Notes under the pieces: model-generated
What the model saw: only the letters and a program-made list of their open reading frames with translations
What the model was told of the DNA's origin: nothing
Databases searched by the model: none
Translations under genes and position numbers: made by a program
Part shown: piece by piece, positions 39,659-53,864 of the stretch
Position numbering within the stretch: the stretch's first letter is position 1
How the letters are laid out: every line of letters begins with the position of its first letter
Source: Vicugna vicugna
Taxonomy: Eukaryota
Direction of reading: 5' to 3'
NCBI GenBank assembly: GCA_013265495.1
Contig: MU057576.1
Span: forward strand, 1 to 64,000
DNA length: 64,000 nucleotides

Positions 39659-42494
39659 TCCTCAATATAGAAACCATAGGAAACATCCTTGGGGCCTGTG
39701 AAAGGGTCAGAATAGTTTAGGGAAAACATTCCATCCTGGAGTCAAAAGCCTGGATTCTTCCATGTCTTTGTCACCCAGAAGCCGTGTGACCTGAAATAAA
39801 TCATCAAACTTCTCTGAGCCTGTAACATGGGAAGGTTAGACTTGATTTTCTCTACAGTCCATTTCATGATCCTAGAATTAACTTGAATTGCATGTGGGTG
39901 CTCATTTCAAGGTGCATCTTGCAGTGAAGCAACAGATCCAAGGGATCTGTTTGCCTGGAGCCCTGTCCTGCATCAATAAATTTGTTCTCAGTCTTGCTTA
40001 GATTATCTTCCTTTAGCTGGTGGCTCACACTGGCTCAGTCTCTGCTTGATAAAGTGAACAAAAGGAGGAACCACATAAGATATGAATGAAAGATTGAACC
40101 CTGTCTTCTAAGCACCCATGAAAAGAAGGCATACTTCTGCCCCTTCCTGGCATCTCAAAATCTCAGTGCATCATGGGACTGAGAGCCTCAAGGTCATCTG
40201 CACTATGTCCCCAGCGAGTGTCCTGGGCAATCAGTGCAGCTAGAATATGTCTACTGATACTAGCTAATGTCTGTTGTGGACCCAGAGTGAGAGCTGTGCC
40301 ATACTTACCTATCTGAGCCTCTTTCCTTATTTGTAGAACTACGAGGCTGAATTCTACTATCAAGGTGTTCCTTGGAATTTCAGCATCCAGTGGTTCAATG
40401 ATTTTATGAGTTTTTTGTGTATTTCACCAAAAATTGGTAGTCACAGAAAGAATAGGAGCAAGTTTACCAATTTAACATCCAGCAACTAGAGATGTGGCGA
40501 CTGCCAAGACCATGTGTCAATATCCATACATGACATTCTCTGATTTATCCTAAAACCATGAGTACTTTCCTTCTCCTGGAAGATTTTGGTCTATGACAGA
40601 GCAGAGGACTTCACGTCAAAGCCTGCATCTCCTCATCAGGCTTTAGCAGGCTGAGACTCAGAGATGGAGAATGCCATCAGGGAAGACAGATGTGGGCTCT
40701 CTGCTCTGACCTTTGGGGTGTCTTAGGGCAGGGGCACTAATCAAGTTTTAGCTTTATACTAACACAAGGCATACAATACACTCAGATGCCGAATGACTGA
40801 GGAGGCTGCACCCTGCAACAACAATTGTGGGAAGAGGCCACCTTGCATCTTCCCTTTAGACTCTCTGAATCTCCCCTTCCTGCCCCCTGGCTTTGCTGGT
40901 TTCCTGTCTATAAGAGGTGGGATGATTGATCAACCCTATGGAACAGCCAGTTGACCAAGAGTCCTGAACTTAAAGCTTCATGTCCTAACACAGTTTTGGG
41001 TTTTCCAGCAGGTAGGCATGCAGTTTCTTTTTGTCTTCCAGATCTGCACTTTGTCCATTCGTGGCTAAAAGCAGAAACTTCATGTAACTACCATGAATGC
41101 CTTCCTCATTATTTGAAGAATGTAGGCATATGTTCTGCATCCATCATTTTGAGGGAACAATGCTGGGAATAGACTTTACAGCCTTTACCAGCCATGCTGG
41201 CTCTAACCCTACAGGCATTGGCAAACCAGGAGGAATTTGTATAGCAACAGTCTAAGCCAGAAAGACTTGACAGCCATATTCTCCAAAGCAGCATGAGAAG
41301 GATTAAATGAAGTAAAGCCATCTCAATGTAAATATGTGATTAGAACACATAAATTTGGGGCAACAAAAGTCAGTGCCCAAAGTGTTAGTCATACTTCTGA
41401 TAAAGAATCATGCCATATATGGATTATTCACTTCAGAGGGATTTAAGAACCAGCGTGATTATGAGAGGTACCCAAGAAGAGAGTGTTAAGGGATAGGGGA
41501 CATCCTCTCCGTGGAAGAGGTTAGAGTTGAATTCAACAGGGATTATTAAGCACTTGCTCTAGACCTGACCTTGAGCTGGGGACACATGGCTTCTTCTGCT
41601 CTTGAGAAGCCTACCAGATAAGCCATTGCTAACCCCCCAGTCTTAGTGGGTCTAGGCTACCCAGCAGGCATGGAGGCAGCTGGGAAGCAGATTCTCCATA
41701 GGATTCTAAAGACTCACATTGAACAGAGGTAATCAAGCCAAAGGCAAGGACCTTAAGATAGGCTTTTGCAACAAGAGCTCGCTGAGATAATTCCAAAGGG
41801 AACCACCAGTCAGTCCAGGGGACCTGAAGGGATGTGGTTAGACAGCATCATCACTGACATAATAAGACCGAGTGGGTCGGTTTCAAATCTGGTGGAACGT
41901 TTCCTCTGAGAGAGCCCAGCAAGCCTTCCTCTGACCCACTCTCCAACCACCACTTAACTTTAAAAATCGTTGTTACCTCCCATGGGTGAGAAACACCAAG
42001 ATGTGCACTGTGCATGGGTCTCATTCTTATAGAAATGCGTCACTCAGTGTTTATCCTTGATGTACTAATCAGTAGTAGTCAAATGTAAGGCATCATGGGG
42101 CCATCTTTGTTATGTTATTTATAAAATGTGGGATTTAGTTGCTGACAATGTGCTATTTATATTGTGCCAATCCCTCCTCATTCTTTCTCAGAGGGAAGCA
42201 GAGGTACGTCATGGACTCCCAGTAGGGCTGTAGTAACTGAGGGGTGGGGAGGGAGACCTATGTGGGAGGAACTACGGGACAGGGGTCCTTGTCCTCCTCA
42301 CCTCCCACTGGAATGCTAAGACAGTCCGGAATGCCCTTTCTCTTGGAAGGACTGAATGGAACGCTGGGAAAAGAGGGTTTGGGAGCTGACCTTGTTGACC
42401 TGGATTTCAAGAAGAATCATGTAAATAGAGAGGAGTAGTCCCTGAAGTTTTTGTGTTTTCCATCCTGGGATCCTGGAAAGAATCTTCATACAGA

Positions 42495-42500
42495 AATAAA
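42495..42500 (+). terminator. Candidate distal polyadenylation signal AATAAA
   Basis: Canonical hexamer followed by gtatgtttttga, about 2.9 kb after the stop codon. Confidence 0.4.
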
Positions 42501-42749
42501 GTATGTTTTTGACCACTTGATGCCTCTGTCTCATCTCCAGGGAATCTAAGCACCCTACAAGAGGCTGAATGAGGGTGGTACTATGAACCCTAAAAAACTG
42601 CATGGACAGAAGAATGGAACCCAACACCCAGCAAACTCCTAGCCCTGTGACAAAATGGGTTGGCAAGATGTGGAGGCTGTTTTCAGCTGGGGATCTGTGA
42701 AAGTAAAATGGGATTGTGTGAAGTGGCCAACAATGTTACCTATGAGCAG

Positions 42750-43180
42750 AGCTGTCTCCGTTCAGAATCCTCTCAGAAGCAGACAGCAAGAGACCTATTG
42801 GGGGAACACTTGGGAAAGATAAAGGGTAAAGAAGGTAGGCAGAGGAGGCCTTGAGACCCCTGTGCAGATCTGACACCCGGGCAGAAAGGGGGAGGGGAAG
42901 AGGGGAAGATTGAGCAGGAGGAGCCTCTGTCTGCAGTGCAGGAAGTCTCAGTTGACCCACCAGTGTGCAAAGGGTCCCAGAGAAACACCCTGCACTGGCA
43001 GAAACGGCCAGGGCTGGTACCCCCAGCATGCTGGGTCACTGCCTGGGAGCTCTCTGGGGAGACAGTGGTCTGCACTTGAACTGTGATGGGTCCTAAATGC
43101 TCTGCAGCTGGAGGCAGGCAGCTGGTTGCTCACCCATCACCAGATCTCTCTTGAAGGGAAATCTGTGCCATGACTTCCAC
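42750..43180. mobile_element. Ancient ERVL LTR (LTR16-like)
   Basis: cagaagcagac...gcagatctgacac...ctgcagtgcag pattern recalled from LTR16-type elements. Confidence 0.5.
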
Positions 43181-43573
43181 AACTGCCACCAGAGCTTTGG
43201 TCCTGTCCCCTGTGTTTGAAAGCACATTTCAGGAAACCCTTGGCAGTATTAGAAACTTCAGTGGTTAATCTCTGTGAGCCCTGGAAACCTGTAAGAAAGC
43301 CCAGGAAGTAGAGGCCAACATGTACCACCTCACCCCTCATGCATGTGCCCTCAAAAGAGTGATGAGCAGCTGTTAACAGACTTGCAATGACACATATTGT
43401 AAAAGCTTTGAAAGAGGGAATTTTGAGAAGAATCTAGACAGCTACCCAACACAGTTTCATAAACAAACAATAAAGATTTTTTTTTGTTTAAAGCATCTTA
43501 AACTGAGGTGCCTGGATAAGCGTCAAGGAATACACAAATTCCCTTTAAGTTCCCCACAAACATACGTAGAACA

Positions 43574-43613
43574 GTGTATGTGTGTGTGTGTGTGTGCGTG
43601 TGCGTGTGTGTGT
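43574..43613. repeat. (TG)n microsatellite with CG interruptions
   Basis: gtgtatgtgtgtgtgtgtgtgtgcgtgtgcgtgtgtgtgt. Confidence 0.92.
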
Positions 43614-46005
43614 AATAAAGGGTATAAAGCCTGAATCTTCTCGGAAGAAACATTCATCCTCTGCTCTCCAGAGAAGGAGAGAAAATAAATTGTTTATAGA
43701 AAAGGGCCTCTTCATGCACATCTTTCATGGAAGAGTAATCACACTCCTTAATCAAGAATTTGGTGTGTTTACTGCCACGAACATCTTTAAGGACATTCTA
43801 CAGCTTTAACTCATCTGGGTGTCTGAGGTGAATTATGATTTTGTTCCAAAGCTGTTTCAAGTTTCCCAGCAGCCACTCTGCTCCTCCTGGGGCTCATCTA
43901 CCTCTCACTGAGCTCTGAAGGCCTAATGTTTTCTTCAGTGGCAGTGCACAGGCAATCACTCACAGAAAATGTTTTCCCATCCCAATCACTTATTTCCAAA
44001 ACCTCCCAAGTTTTCTCATATCTGATGGGCATCCTTGCTTTTTTAGGTTGTGAAGTTCCAAATTCTTTAGCCCTCTTTCAATGTTTGATTTTTTTTTCAA
44101 TTGAGTTTATTGTTGATTTTAAATCCTCCCAAATCAAAAGCCGGTCCCTCAGTAACCCCAGTGGAATCTGGCCACCACCACCTTTACCCCCGCCTCCCTC
44201 AGGGTTCCGTCTCAGGGCCACAGGACTGCTCTCTGCTGCCCTCTGGAGGAGCCTCTTTATAAAAATGCACACACAGGTCAAGGATTCAAATGAATAATGT
44301 ACCCAACACTACAGCCAAATGCAATCTGCCAGCATCTGGGGATGTCACTTTGAAGTTTCCCAGAGCCAATGCCATGAGCATGACTTTCCTATGCCTGGGT
44401 GTTGTCTGGGTTATGGATTTGAAGAAGGAAAGACACACACATTAGAATATGTAGGACAGGAAGTGGGGACTTATACATACAATCACTTTTGTTTCTGTTC
44501 CCACCAGGAGAACTTCCAATCTGATTTTGAGAGCTGATCATGGGGCTCCACCACGGACTCCTCATGTCATTATCCTTTCAGATCGCACATTTCTAACCAT
44601 TCTGCCAACTCCCAGATGCCTCTGGGTTGATCCTAATGTTCCAGTGGGCTTTGTCATAATGGTAGAGTGGAGACCAGTGGAGACCTATGCCTTCTATTGG
44701 GGGAAAAGCAGAGTAGGGGACATGGCATCCCAGAAGCCCACTCAGAGATGCCATGCAAGAACCTCTCTTTAAAAAAATAACAAGCTTCTCTGCTTTTTGT
44801 GCTGCTGCTGATGCCAAATTGTGGCAGGGAAGGCTCAGTTTTGCCCATCATAACACCTGTGAGACAGGAGGCATTTGTTTTGTGTTGCATACATTAGATT
44901 TAGCAGGGTCACATCCGGCTCTAATCTACATTGGCTTTGGATTTGGAACTGGATGCTATGTCTCAGAACCATCAAACCTCACCAGCTTCTTAAACTTACT
45001 AGATGATTGTCATGGATTTTTTGTAGATTTCCAGTGCAGAATTCAGTCCCTATGTCCCATAAGAGACAGAGTATAAATGCTCAAAAGGGTGAGTAGAGTA
45101 GGTGAAAGAGGGAAAACTTGGGTCTGTGTTCTGGGAGACCTCTCTTACTGTACTGGACTCAGGGTCCCATGGCCTAAATGAGATATAATTCTGTTGCCTA
45201 ATTTTTCAGAGAGAAGACAACATTGAGGTTATACATCAGCAAGCAGTGAACTCAGAATCCATTCCCCAGCTATTATCAAGACAAGATGATTTCCCATTTG
45301 GTCCCCAAGAAGTTGAGACCTCTTTGGTCCTAGGTGTTCATGTTGTCTGGATTGCATCTATACACAAAATGCGGTGAAAAAAGGCACACAAATATATCCC
45401 CAAGGTCTTTGTGTTCCAGAAAAGTTTGAAGCCCTAAAAAGAGGAACAAGAGAAGAATTGCTTAGAAGGAAACTATAATGTCAATAATGTTATTAAAATA
45501 TTAATTATAATAACAACTTACATTCTAAATATCTTGTACTAAGCACTTTATGTACATTTATCATGTTTAACCTCCACATGTTGTGAAATCAATGTTATTA
45601 TTGCCATTAATTTAATATGAGAACAACGGGACATAGACAGTAATTTGTTTGAGATCCCACTGTGAGAACTGAATCTCAGAGCTGCCTGATCCCAAAGCCC
45701 AATGTCTTAAGCAAGACCCTCTGCTGTTTCCTTTATTCATTGTATTCCTAGGTCTCTACTCTATTCTTAAAAGGGGTTAGAGCCTAGCCTGGAATGCCCA
45801 TCCCAAACATGTTGCCAAAATGCTAATTTAATAGGTGGTCTTTCCAGGAGCAGCAAATTTCCATAACCCCATTACACCATCAGAAAAATGTTTCAAAGGC
45901 TAAATTATACTCATAGTCTCTGTAGTTGTCGTTATAATTAGGTGAGATATACGAGCAAGTTGTAACTATGATTAGAAGAGGCTTATCAAGGATTTCCAGT
46001 GGTAA

Positions 46006-46174
46006 AGGTGAGGATATAGCCCAAGTGGTAGAGTGCATGCTTAGCATGCACAGGGTCCTGGGTTCAATCCCCAGTATCTCCTCCAAAAGTAAATAAATAA
46101 ATAGACTTATTACTTCCCTCTCCCTGACAAAATTAAATTAATTAAATAAAAATAAATAAGTAAAAAAAATTTTT
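46006..46174 (+). mobile_element. tRNA-derived SINE (Vic-1-like)
   Basis: Same head and A-rich tail; degenerate 18-bp TSD (14/18) at 45988-46005 and 46175-46192. Confidence 0.92.
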
Positions 46175-48195
46175 AAGGATCTCCCATTGTAATTAATCTT
46201 GGCACATTAAGCTTTGAGTGCACAGAATTCCCTAGATATGCATCTCTCTGGGGGATAAAGTCTTCTTTTAGAAAGAGAAATAGCTTATGTCACTGAGAAG
46301 GATAATATCTTACATTTACAACTAGCAACTTAAGCATCCATGTCCTGTCCACAAGGCCAGACTCATCTAGATATTGGAGGCAGGGGTGGGATTACTGGAT
46401 TGCTCATGAAACTGGTGCACAAGGTGAGGGAGTCCTGGGGCCAGGTTGACCTGAACATTGCCCACACAACTGCTAAGTCATGAAAGAAAGGTGAGTTTAG
46501 TACCCAAGAGAAGGAACTAAGAAGCTGAAAACTGGTAAGACAAACTCAATGGCTTCAAATCCTAACGGGCATAAAAATCACATAGGGGGTTTATCAATGC
46601 CTGGATCCTTAGCCCCATCTCCAGAGATCCTGACTTAGTAGATCTGAATTTTAACAAGCATGCTAGTCATTATGATGTGAATGGCCCATGGAACCACTGG
46701 GATAGACAACTAAATAGAAAACAGTGTGGAAGAAAAATGTCGCCTGTCATATCAGTTAACAAAGGATGTTGCAACCATCCATCAGCCACTGCAGCCATTT
46801 GGTGATTTAGGTGAGAGGCTGGCCTAACATCTTTGCCTCCAACCAACATTCCAGCCATGTTTATATATGTACAAAATATATACTTACACATACTTACTTA
46901 ATTGGGAATTAAAAAATAAATCTCACCCTGAAAATGGCCAATATGGAGATTTTTATTGCACACATAGTCAACTAAGAGAAAGCCAACTTGATAAAACATC
47001 TTTTCAGAATTCTGACCTTAAAGAAACAAAAGCTCTTCTTGGGGGAACTGGCATTTCTCTTCTTGTGTCTTGGAGATGTAACTGTTCCACCTGGTCTTCT
47101 TTGGTGGGGTGTGTATGTGTGTTTGTGTTGAGAAATTGGCCTCTGTTATCCAGAAGGTAAACATGTGGTGTACATTTGGAAGCCATTTGGCAACCAGTAA
47201 AATAGACTGAGATCCTGAGAAGCCTTTTTGTCTCACTGGGTCAACTCTCAGGGGCTTTTTGCCATCTTGACCTTCATTGCATCAGCCTATACAATGAAGA
47301 TCTTTACTTTCTTAGACTATTTTTGGGTGTAAAGTTTCTAGATCATGTTTAAACAGCATTTTTCACACTCCCCTGTGGGGATGCCTCTTGCATCTTTTTG
47401 GTCTGAGTCACTACTAAGATATATCTCACAATGGCCAGATGATGGATCCTTCAAGTTGGAGAAACATCTAAATTGGTAAATTTTTAGAGAACTCTCATAA
47501 ACAGCTATTTTATTGGTACCTATGGAAAAATAAAATAAACTAGAAGGTGGGAAAAGATATATATATAAAATGATTAACCTAAGAACTCCTTTAATTTAAG
47601 AAAAACAAAAAAACAAAAAAAAATCGATTTGGAAAACCTTATTTGTGGTTTCTGCTTCCCTTCAGTGGGTCTTATAAATTTACAAATGCTAATAAAAACA
47701 TTAGGATAATTAATGTTAATTAAGTTGATTAATGGGGAATTAAGAGAAAAACTAAAAAGAGAATCTAGAGACTTCTTCACAAGGTAGAAATTTTAAAGGG
47801 ACTTATCTCAAATGGACAAAAAATCTTTAGATGCTTGTTTAAAAATGGGGTCCAAAAAAATGGATGTTAATGGGATTTAAACAAACATTTTGATACAACA
47901 CTAACTAAGGTTGAATTGGCCAAAGGGAACCCCCTATTGGTCCACAACATTAAATGGCCTAAAAAGAAGTCCATTCTATTTATCCTAATTAATATACATA
48001 TGGAGAGAGAGAGAGATTTAAAAGGCAGAAAAAATTGCACTGAGATATCTGACCAACAATTGCTTGGGCCAATTAATTAATTAAAAAATATTTTAAAAAA
48101 GGGTCTGAGTCCCTTGACTCAACCCATCACTGGGGAACCCAAAGTCTTTTATACAAAAACAGATAAAATTGGTCTGGATAAAAAGAAAGGTTTCT

Positions 48196-51100
48196 GGGAG
48201 GTGATCAAGATGGAAGAACAGAAGGACACAGAGCTCACCTCTCATAAATACATCAAAAAATACATCTACATGTGGACCAGTTCTCACAGCATACTTACTG
48301 AATGCTGGTAGAAGATCTCATGCAACCAATGTTGCAAGAAAGATAATCACATAATCAGATAGGATGAAAGAAAAAAAAAGGAGTTGTGTTGGGACCTGCA
48401 CCCTGGGAGGAAACTGTGAAAGAGGAAAGGTTCCTGTACCCTGAGAACCCCCTTCACTGTCTGGGAAATCAGCCAGGACAGACAGAAAGCTTTAGAGGCT
48501 CAGAGAAAAGCGCAGCAGCCAGATTGCAGCCGTCAGAATGAAGAGAGACCAGCACAGCCATTCCTGGCCACCTCCCTGCACTCCTCAAACCAAGATGGTC
48601 ATATGCTGGTGCACATGAGGACTGGGAGCTAAAACTTGAGCTTCAGAAGACAGACCTGAGTTAGAGGACTAGAGTTGGCTGCACAGAAACAGCCAAAAGG
48701 GGCTGGAGTGTGGGTCAAACCATAACTGGGGGCATGCACAAGACTGAGCCTGGGTTCACCATAGAAGCCCCATTGTTAGCCCCATTATTAACTCATGTGA
48801 GAAGGAAGAGGGTGGGACCCCTCAATAGTGGCCTCACTCTAGGCTTGCTCACAGCAGGCACAGCTCCTTCTCTATGAGATCTGGGAACATGCAAGCACTT
48901 GCAGTTTGCCCACATGCAGAGGCAGTGGAATCTGATCCAATCCTCAAGTTTCTCCAAACTTCAGAAGCAGCATCTGTAAGATCCATGGATTTATGCAGGC
49001 TTGTAAACTCTGCGCCCATGGGACACCTAGTGGATTATTTGTGCTCTCCTGGTTGGGGAAGGTTTGGCATTAATGGCTGCAAGCTTTGGGGGTATCCACA
49101 CACAGAGGCAGGGCCAGAGTCTGGGCTGATTCTGTAGCTCCTGCAGTGGGTCCAGGTGCGCTATTATGGCAGTCCCAGTGCCTGACTCCAGCAGATCTGT
49201 GCCACAAATATGCACTGGATGTCTTTAGGACCACAGAACATGAGGGATTCTCAGGCTGGCTGCCTGCATTCCTATGGTTGAGGCTGGGCCAAAGGCAGTG
49301 CCAACACTGTTCTTTGTGAGTCTGCCTAATGAGTGGCAGGTGACACCACAGAGCACATCTTCTGGTGGATAGATCCTACAGAAGGATACTCAGTGGCTCC
49401 TCTTCCAGCAGAAGCTCTCCAGTCCTTCCTACCTCACACTGAAGTTCAGAAACAGATCTGGGGGCATCTACTCCAATAACTTGGGGGCAAACTCTGCCCC
49501 TGACATGACTGTGACAACCACAGAGAAAAAAAATGAGGCCCCACTCAACATCCAGTACAGGCTCTGGTCACCACAATACCAATCACATTTCCTATTGAGG
49601 GAATAATGGCTAGCACACACTGAGGAAAGACATGGCAAGCACATACACTAAAAAGAGCCCTACACAAAAAATATTAGACTCACACAGGCTACAGAGGGAC
49701 AGTCCCACATAAAAACAGCCCTTCAAGACCAGAGTAGATAACCTTTTCTCCTCCTAAAATCATGAGTCAGAGAAATATAAATAAAATGAAGAAGCAAAAG
49801 AACCACTCCCTATTAAAATATCAAGAGAATGCCTCTGAAAGAACACTGAAACATATGTTTCCAGTCTACCAGATCCTAAGTTCAAAAGGAGGTAATAAAA
49901 GTACTGAAGGAATTAAGAAAGGCTGCTGATACAAATGTAAAAAGGAAATACAAACTATAAGGAGGAGCCACTTAAAATTAGAAAACTTACTTGCTGAGTT
50001 GAAAGCTGAACTAAAGACAATAAATAACAAACTGGATGATGCATAAGAAAGATTAAGTGACCTGGAGGATGGAGTCATGGAAATCACCCAATTAGCACAA
50101 CAGAAAGAAAGACACATTTTTTTTAAATGAAAGCAAGAAAGAGGTCTGCGGGATACTATAAAGCTTGCCAATCTACACATTACCTAGGGATTCCAGAAGG
50201 AGAAAGAAGAGAAAAGGGAATTGAAAATGTTTTTGAAGACATTATGGGTAAAATCTTTCCAAACCTAAAGAAGGAAACAGATATCCAGGAATAGGAAGCA
50301 CAGAAGGTCTCAAACAAGATGAACTCGAAATGATTCACGCCAAGACATTTTATAATCAAAATGACAAAAGTTAAAATAAAGAGAGGAGCAAGAGGCAGTA
50401 AGAGAAAAACAAAGAGTTAGTTACAAGGAAGCCTCAATAATGCCATCACTTGATTTCTCTACAGAAACTTTGCAGGCAAGAAGGGAGTAGCAAAATATAT
50501 TCAAAGGACTGAAAGGGAGAAACCTGCAACCTACAAGAGTCAACCCAGCAAGATTATCATTTAGAATAGGAGAAAGAAAGAATTTCTCAGACAAGCAAAA
50601 ACTAAAAGGATACAGCAATACTAAATCAATCTTAGAAGAAATTTTAAAAGGTCTTCTCTAAATAGAAAAGAAGCAGGAATCCATAGGAAAGAGAAGATCA
50701 CAATTGGAAGATAAATCACTTATTTCTGTACACTGTAAATCAGTATATTGATTTTTAAAAATAAAAAAAAATTGTGAAAGCAATGACTACAATGAATAGC
50801 AAAAGAATAAACATGAAGATGTAAAAGAGGACACCAGAATTATAAAATGTGATGGAGGGGAGTAAAAATGTAGTTTTGTTTGTTTGTTTGTTTGTTTAAG
50901 AATGTGTTTGACCCTATATGACTACTACTCTAAGGCAAGTAGGTATAGTAATGGGTCAATATTCTTGAAAAACAGGATAACCACAAATCAAAAACATACA
51001 ACATAGTCACAAAAACCAAAAAGAAGAAAACTCAAGGATAACACAAAAGAAAATTATTAAACCAAGAAAGGAAAAACAAAAAGAAAATAAAAGAAACAAA

Positions 51101-53214
51101 GAAGAAATACAAAGTTAACTGGAAAACAAGGTTTAAAAACACAATAAATACATATCTATCAATAATTACTTTAAATATCAGTGGATTAAATGCTCCAGTC
51201 AAAAGACATAGAGTAGCAGATTGGATAATATAACAAGGGCCTACAATATGCTACCTACAAGAGACCCACTTTAAGGCAAAGGACACACATAGATTGAAAG
51301 TGAGGGGACAAAAAAGATATTTCATACAAATGGAAATGACAAGAAAGCAAGGATAGCAATGCTAACATCAGACAAATGACTTTAAAATAAAGGGCATGCA
51401 TACTACCCAAGGCCTTATACAGATTCAGTGCAATACCTATCAAATTAACAATGGAAGTTTTCACATAACTGAAATAAAAATTTTTTAATGTGCATGGAAA
51501 CACAAAAGAGCCTGAATAGCCAAAATAATCTTGAGAAAAGAGAATGGAGCTGGAGGAACCATGCTCCCTGACTTCAGACTATACTACAAAGCTACAGTAA
51601 TCAAAACAGTATGGTACTGGCACAAAAACAGACACATAGATCAGTGGAACAGAATAGAAAGTCCATAAATAAACCCATGCACTTATGGTCAATTAATCTA
51701 TGACAAAGAAGATAAGAATATACAATGGAGAAAAGACAGCCCTTCAATAAGTGTTGCTGGGAAATGGGACAGCTAAATGTAAAAGAATAAAATTAGAACA
51801 TTTTCTAGCACCATATACAAAAATAAACTCAGAATGGATTAAAGACCTAAGTGTAAGAGAAGCTACTCTAAAATTCCTAGAGGAAAACATAAGCAGAATA
51901 CTCTTTGGCATAAATCGCAGCAATATCTTTTTCCATCCATTCACTAAAGTAATAGAAATAAAAGCAAAAATAAACAAATAGGACCCAATTAAACTGAAAA
52001 GCTTTTGCACAGAAAAGGAAACCATAAATAAAATGACAACATACAGGATGAGAGAAAATATTTGCAAATGATGCAACTGACAAGGACTTAATTTTCCAGA
52101 ATATACAAACAGCTCATACAGTGCAATAACAAAAACAACAACAACAAAAACTCCAAAAATGAACAGAAGACCTAAGTAAATATTTCTCCAGTGAAGACAA
52201 AATTTCCCAAAAGATACCTGAAAAAAAATTCTTAATATGATTAATTGTCAGAGAAATGCAAATCAAAACTACAATGATGGGGGAAGTGTATAGTTCAAGT
52301 GGTAGAGCTCATGCTTAGCATGGATGAGGTCTTGGGTTCAGTCCCCAGTACCTCCTCTAAGAAATAAATAAATAAACCTAATTACCTCCCCCCACGAAAA
52401 ACATAAGTATACATTAAAAAAAAGAAAAACTACAATGAGGTATCACCTCCCAGTGGATAGAATGGCCATCATTAAAAAGTCTGCAAATGATAAATGCCAG
52501 AGAATCCTCCTACAATGTTGGTTGGAATGTAGTTTGGTGCAGCCATTATGTTTTCCCTGAAACAGTACAGAGATTCCTGAAAAAAAAAACTGAAAATAGA
52601 CTTACCCTATGATCCAGCAAGCCCACTCCTGGGCATATAGCCAGAGGAAACTAATTCAAAAAGATCCATGCCCCTCATCCATCAACAAATGACAGAAGTA
52701 AGAAGATGTGGTGTATATATATATACAATGGAACACTACTCAGTCATAAAAAAATAATAAAATAATGCCACTTGCAGCAACATGGATGGATCTGGAGATT
52801 GTGGTACTAAGTGAAGTAAGCCAGAAAGAGGAAGAAAAATGCCATATGATGTCACTTATATGTGGAAACTTTAAAAAAAAAAAAAAGACAAATGAACTTA
52901 TTTGAAAAACAGAAATAGACTCAGACATAGAAAACAAACTTATGGTTACCAGAGGGGAAATAGGGTAGGGAGGGATAAATTGGGAGTTCAGGATTTGCAG
53001 ATACTAATATATATAAAATAGATAAACATTTCTACTGTGTAGCACAGGGAACTATATTCAATATCTTGTAATGGCCTATAGTGAAAAAGAATATGAAAAG
53101 GAATATATATATATACACACACATATACATATATGTATACATTTATAAGTGAATCACTATGCTGTACACCAGAAATTAACACATTATAAACTGATTATAC
53201 TGTAATTTTAAAAA
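48196..53214 (+). mobile_element. L1-derived element with 5'UTR, ORF1 and 3'UTR but ORF2 EN/RT deleted (HAL1-like), about 4.9 kb without the SINE
   Basis: gggaggtgatCAAGATGG start; ORF1 about 49786-50660; ORF2 start about 51140 (YLSIITLNISGLNAPVKRHRVADWI) fused near 51395 to ILPKALYRFSAIPIK; 3'UTR to about 53210. Confidence 0.9.
52278..52425 (+). mobile_element. tRNA-derived SINE (Vic-1-like) inserted in L1 ORF2
   Basis: Same head; perfect 13-bp TSD AAAACTACAATGA at 52265-52277 and 52426-52438. Confidence 0.95.
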
Positions 53215-53864
53215 GACTAAGGCTTTTTAATGGAGCCCTAATAGAAACTAAAATTTAAGGCAAAGGAGTTGGTAGAACTGAGATAAAAGTTTAAAAAATT
53301 GTGTATTTAAATGGGCTTTATATAAGATGGTTACATCTCTTTTGCTTAATTATATTTCGGGATAGACATGTTTCACTGAGGACTGCTTCCCCTGCCTGGT
53401 ACTGTAAGACAGGTTATATAAATTTGCCTATCCAACAATATTAACTAAACATACTAAAGGAAATCAATAGGTTTAGCTGAGCCCACACAACATGAAGTAA
53501 AACCAGGAGCTAATATGTAGGGGCTAATAAAAATAATAATGATCTTGCTCTGAATCTAACCTGTACGCTCAGAAAGAGGGCCTCTGCTGAATGCTTATGC
53601 AAGTATTTGAAGACAGGATGTTGCAGCCATCAAGCCATCAGCCAGTGCAGCTGCCTCGCAACTATGTAGCCTGAGGAGATTCAGGGTGGACAAAAACAGG
53701 ATATTGGTCCTACATAGTTAAGGTGCATATCAAAGAAATGATTTAAATGAGCCCAGACTCTTGCATTTTCCCATATGTAAAAAACAAAAGTGCTAAACGT
53801 ATTAACTTAAGATGTCTGTTTTTCTTTAATTAATGACAATCTTTTGATGTTCCAACTACCTGGG

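Larger units (their letters stand above)
39606..42520 (+). other. TACR1: Putative TACR1 3' UTR (end uncertain)
   Basis: Follows the stop codon; AATAAA at 39653, 39795, 39975 and 42495. The distal end is inferred only. Confidence 0.5.
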
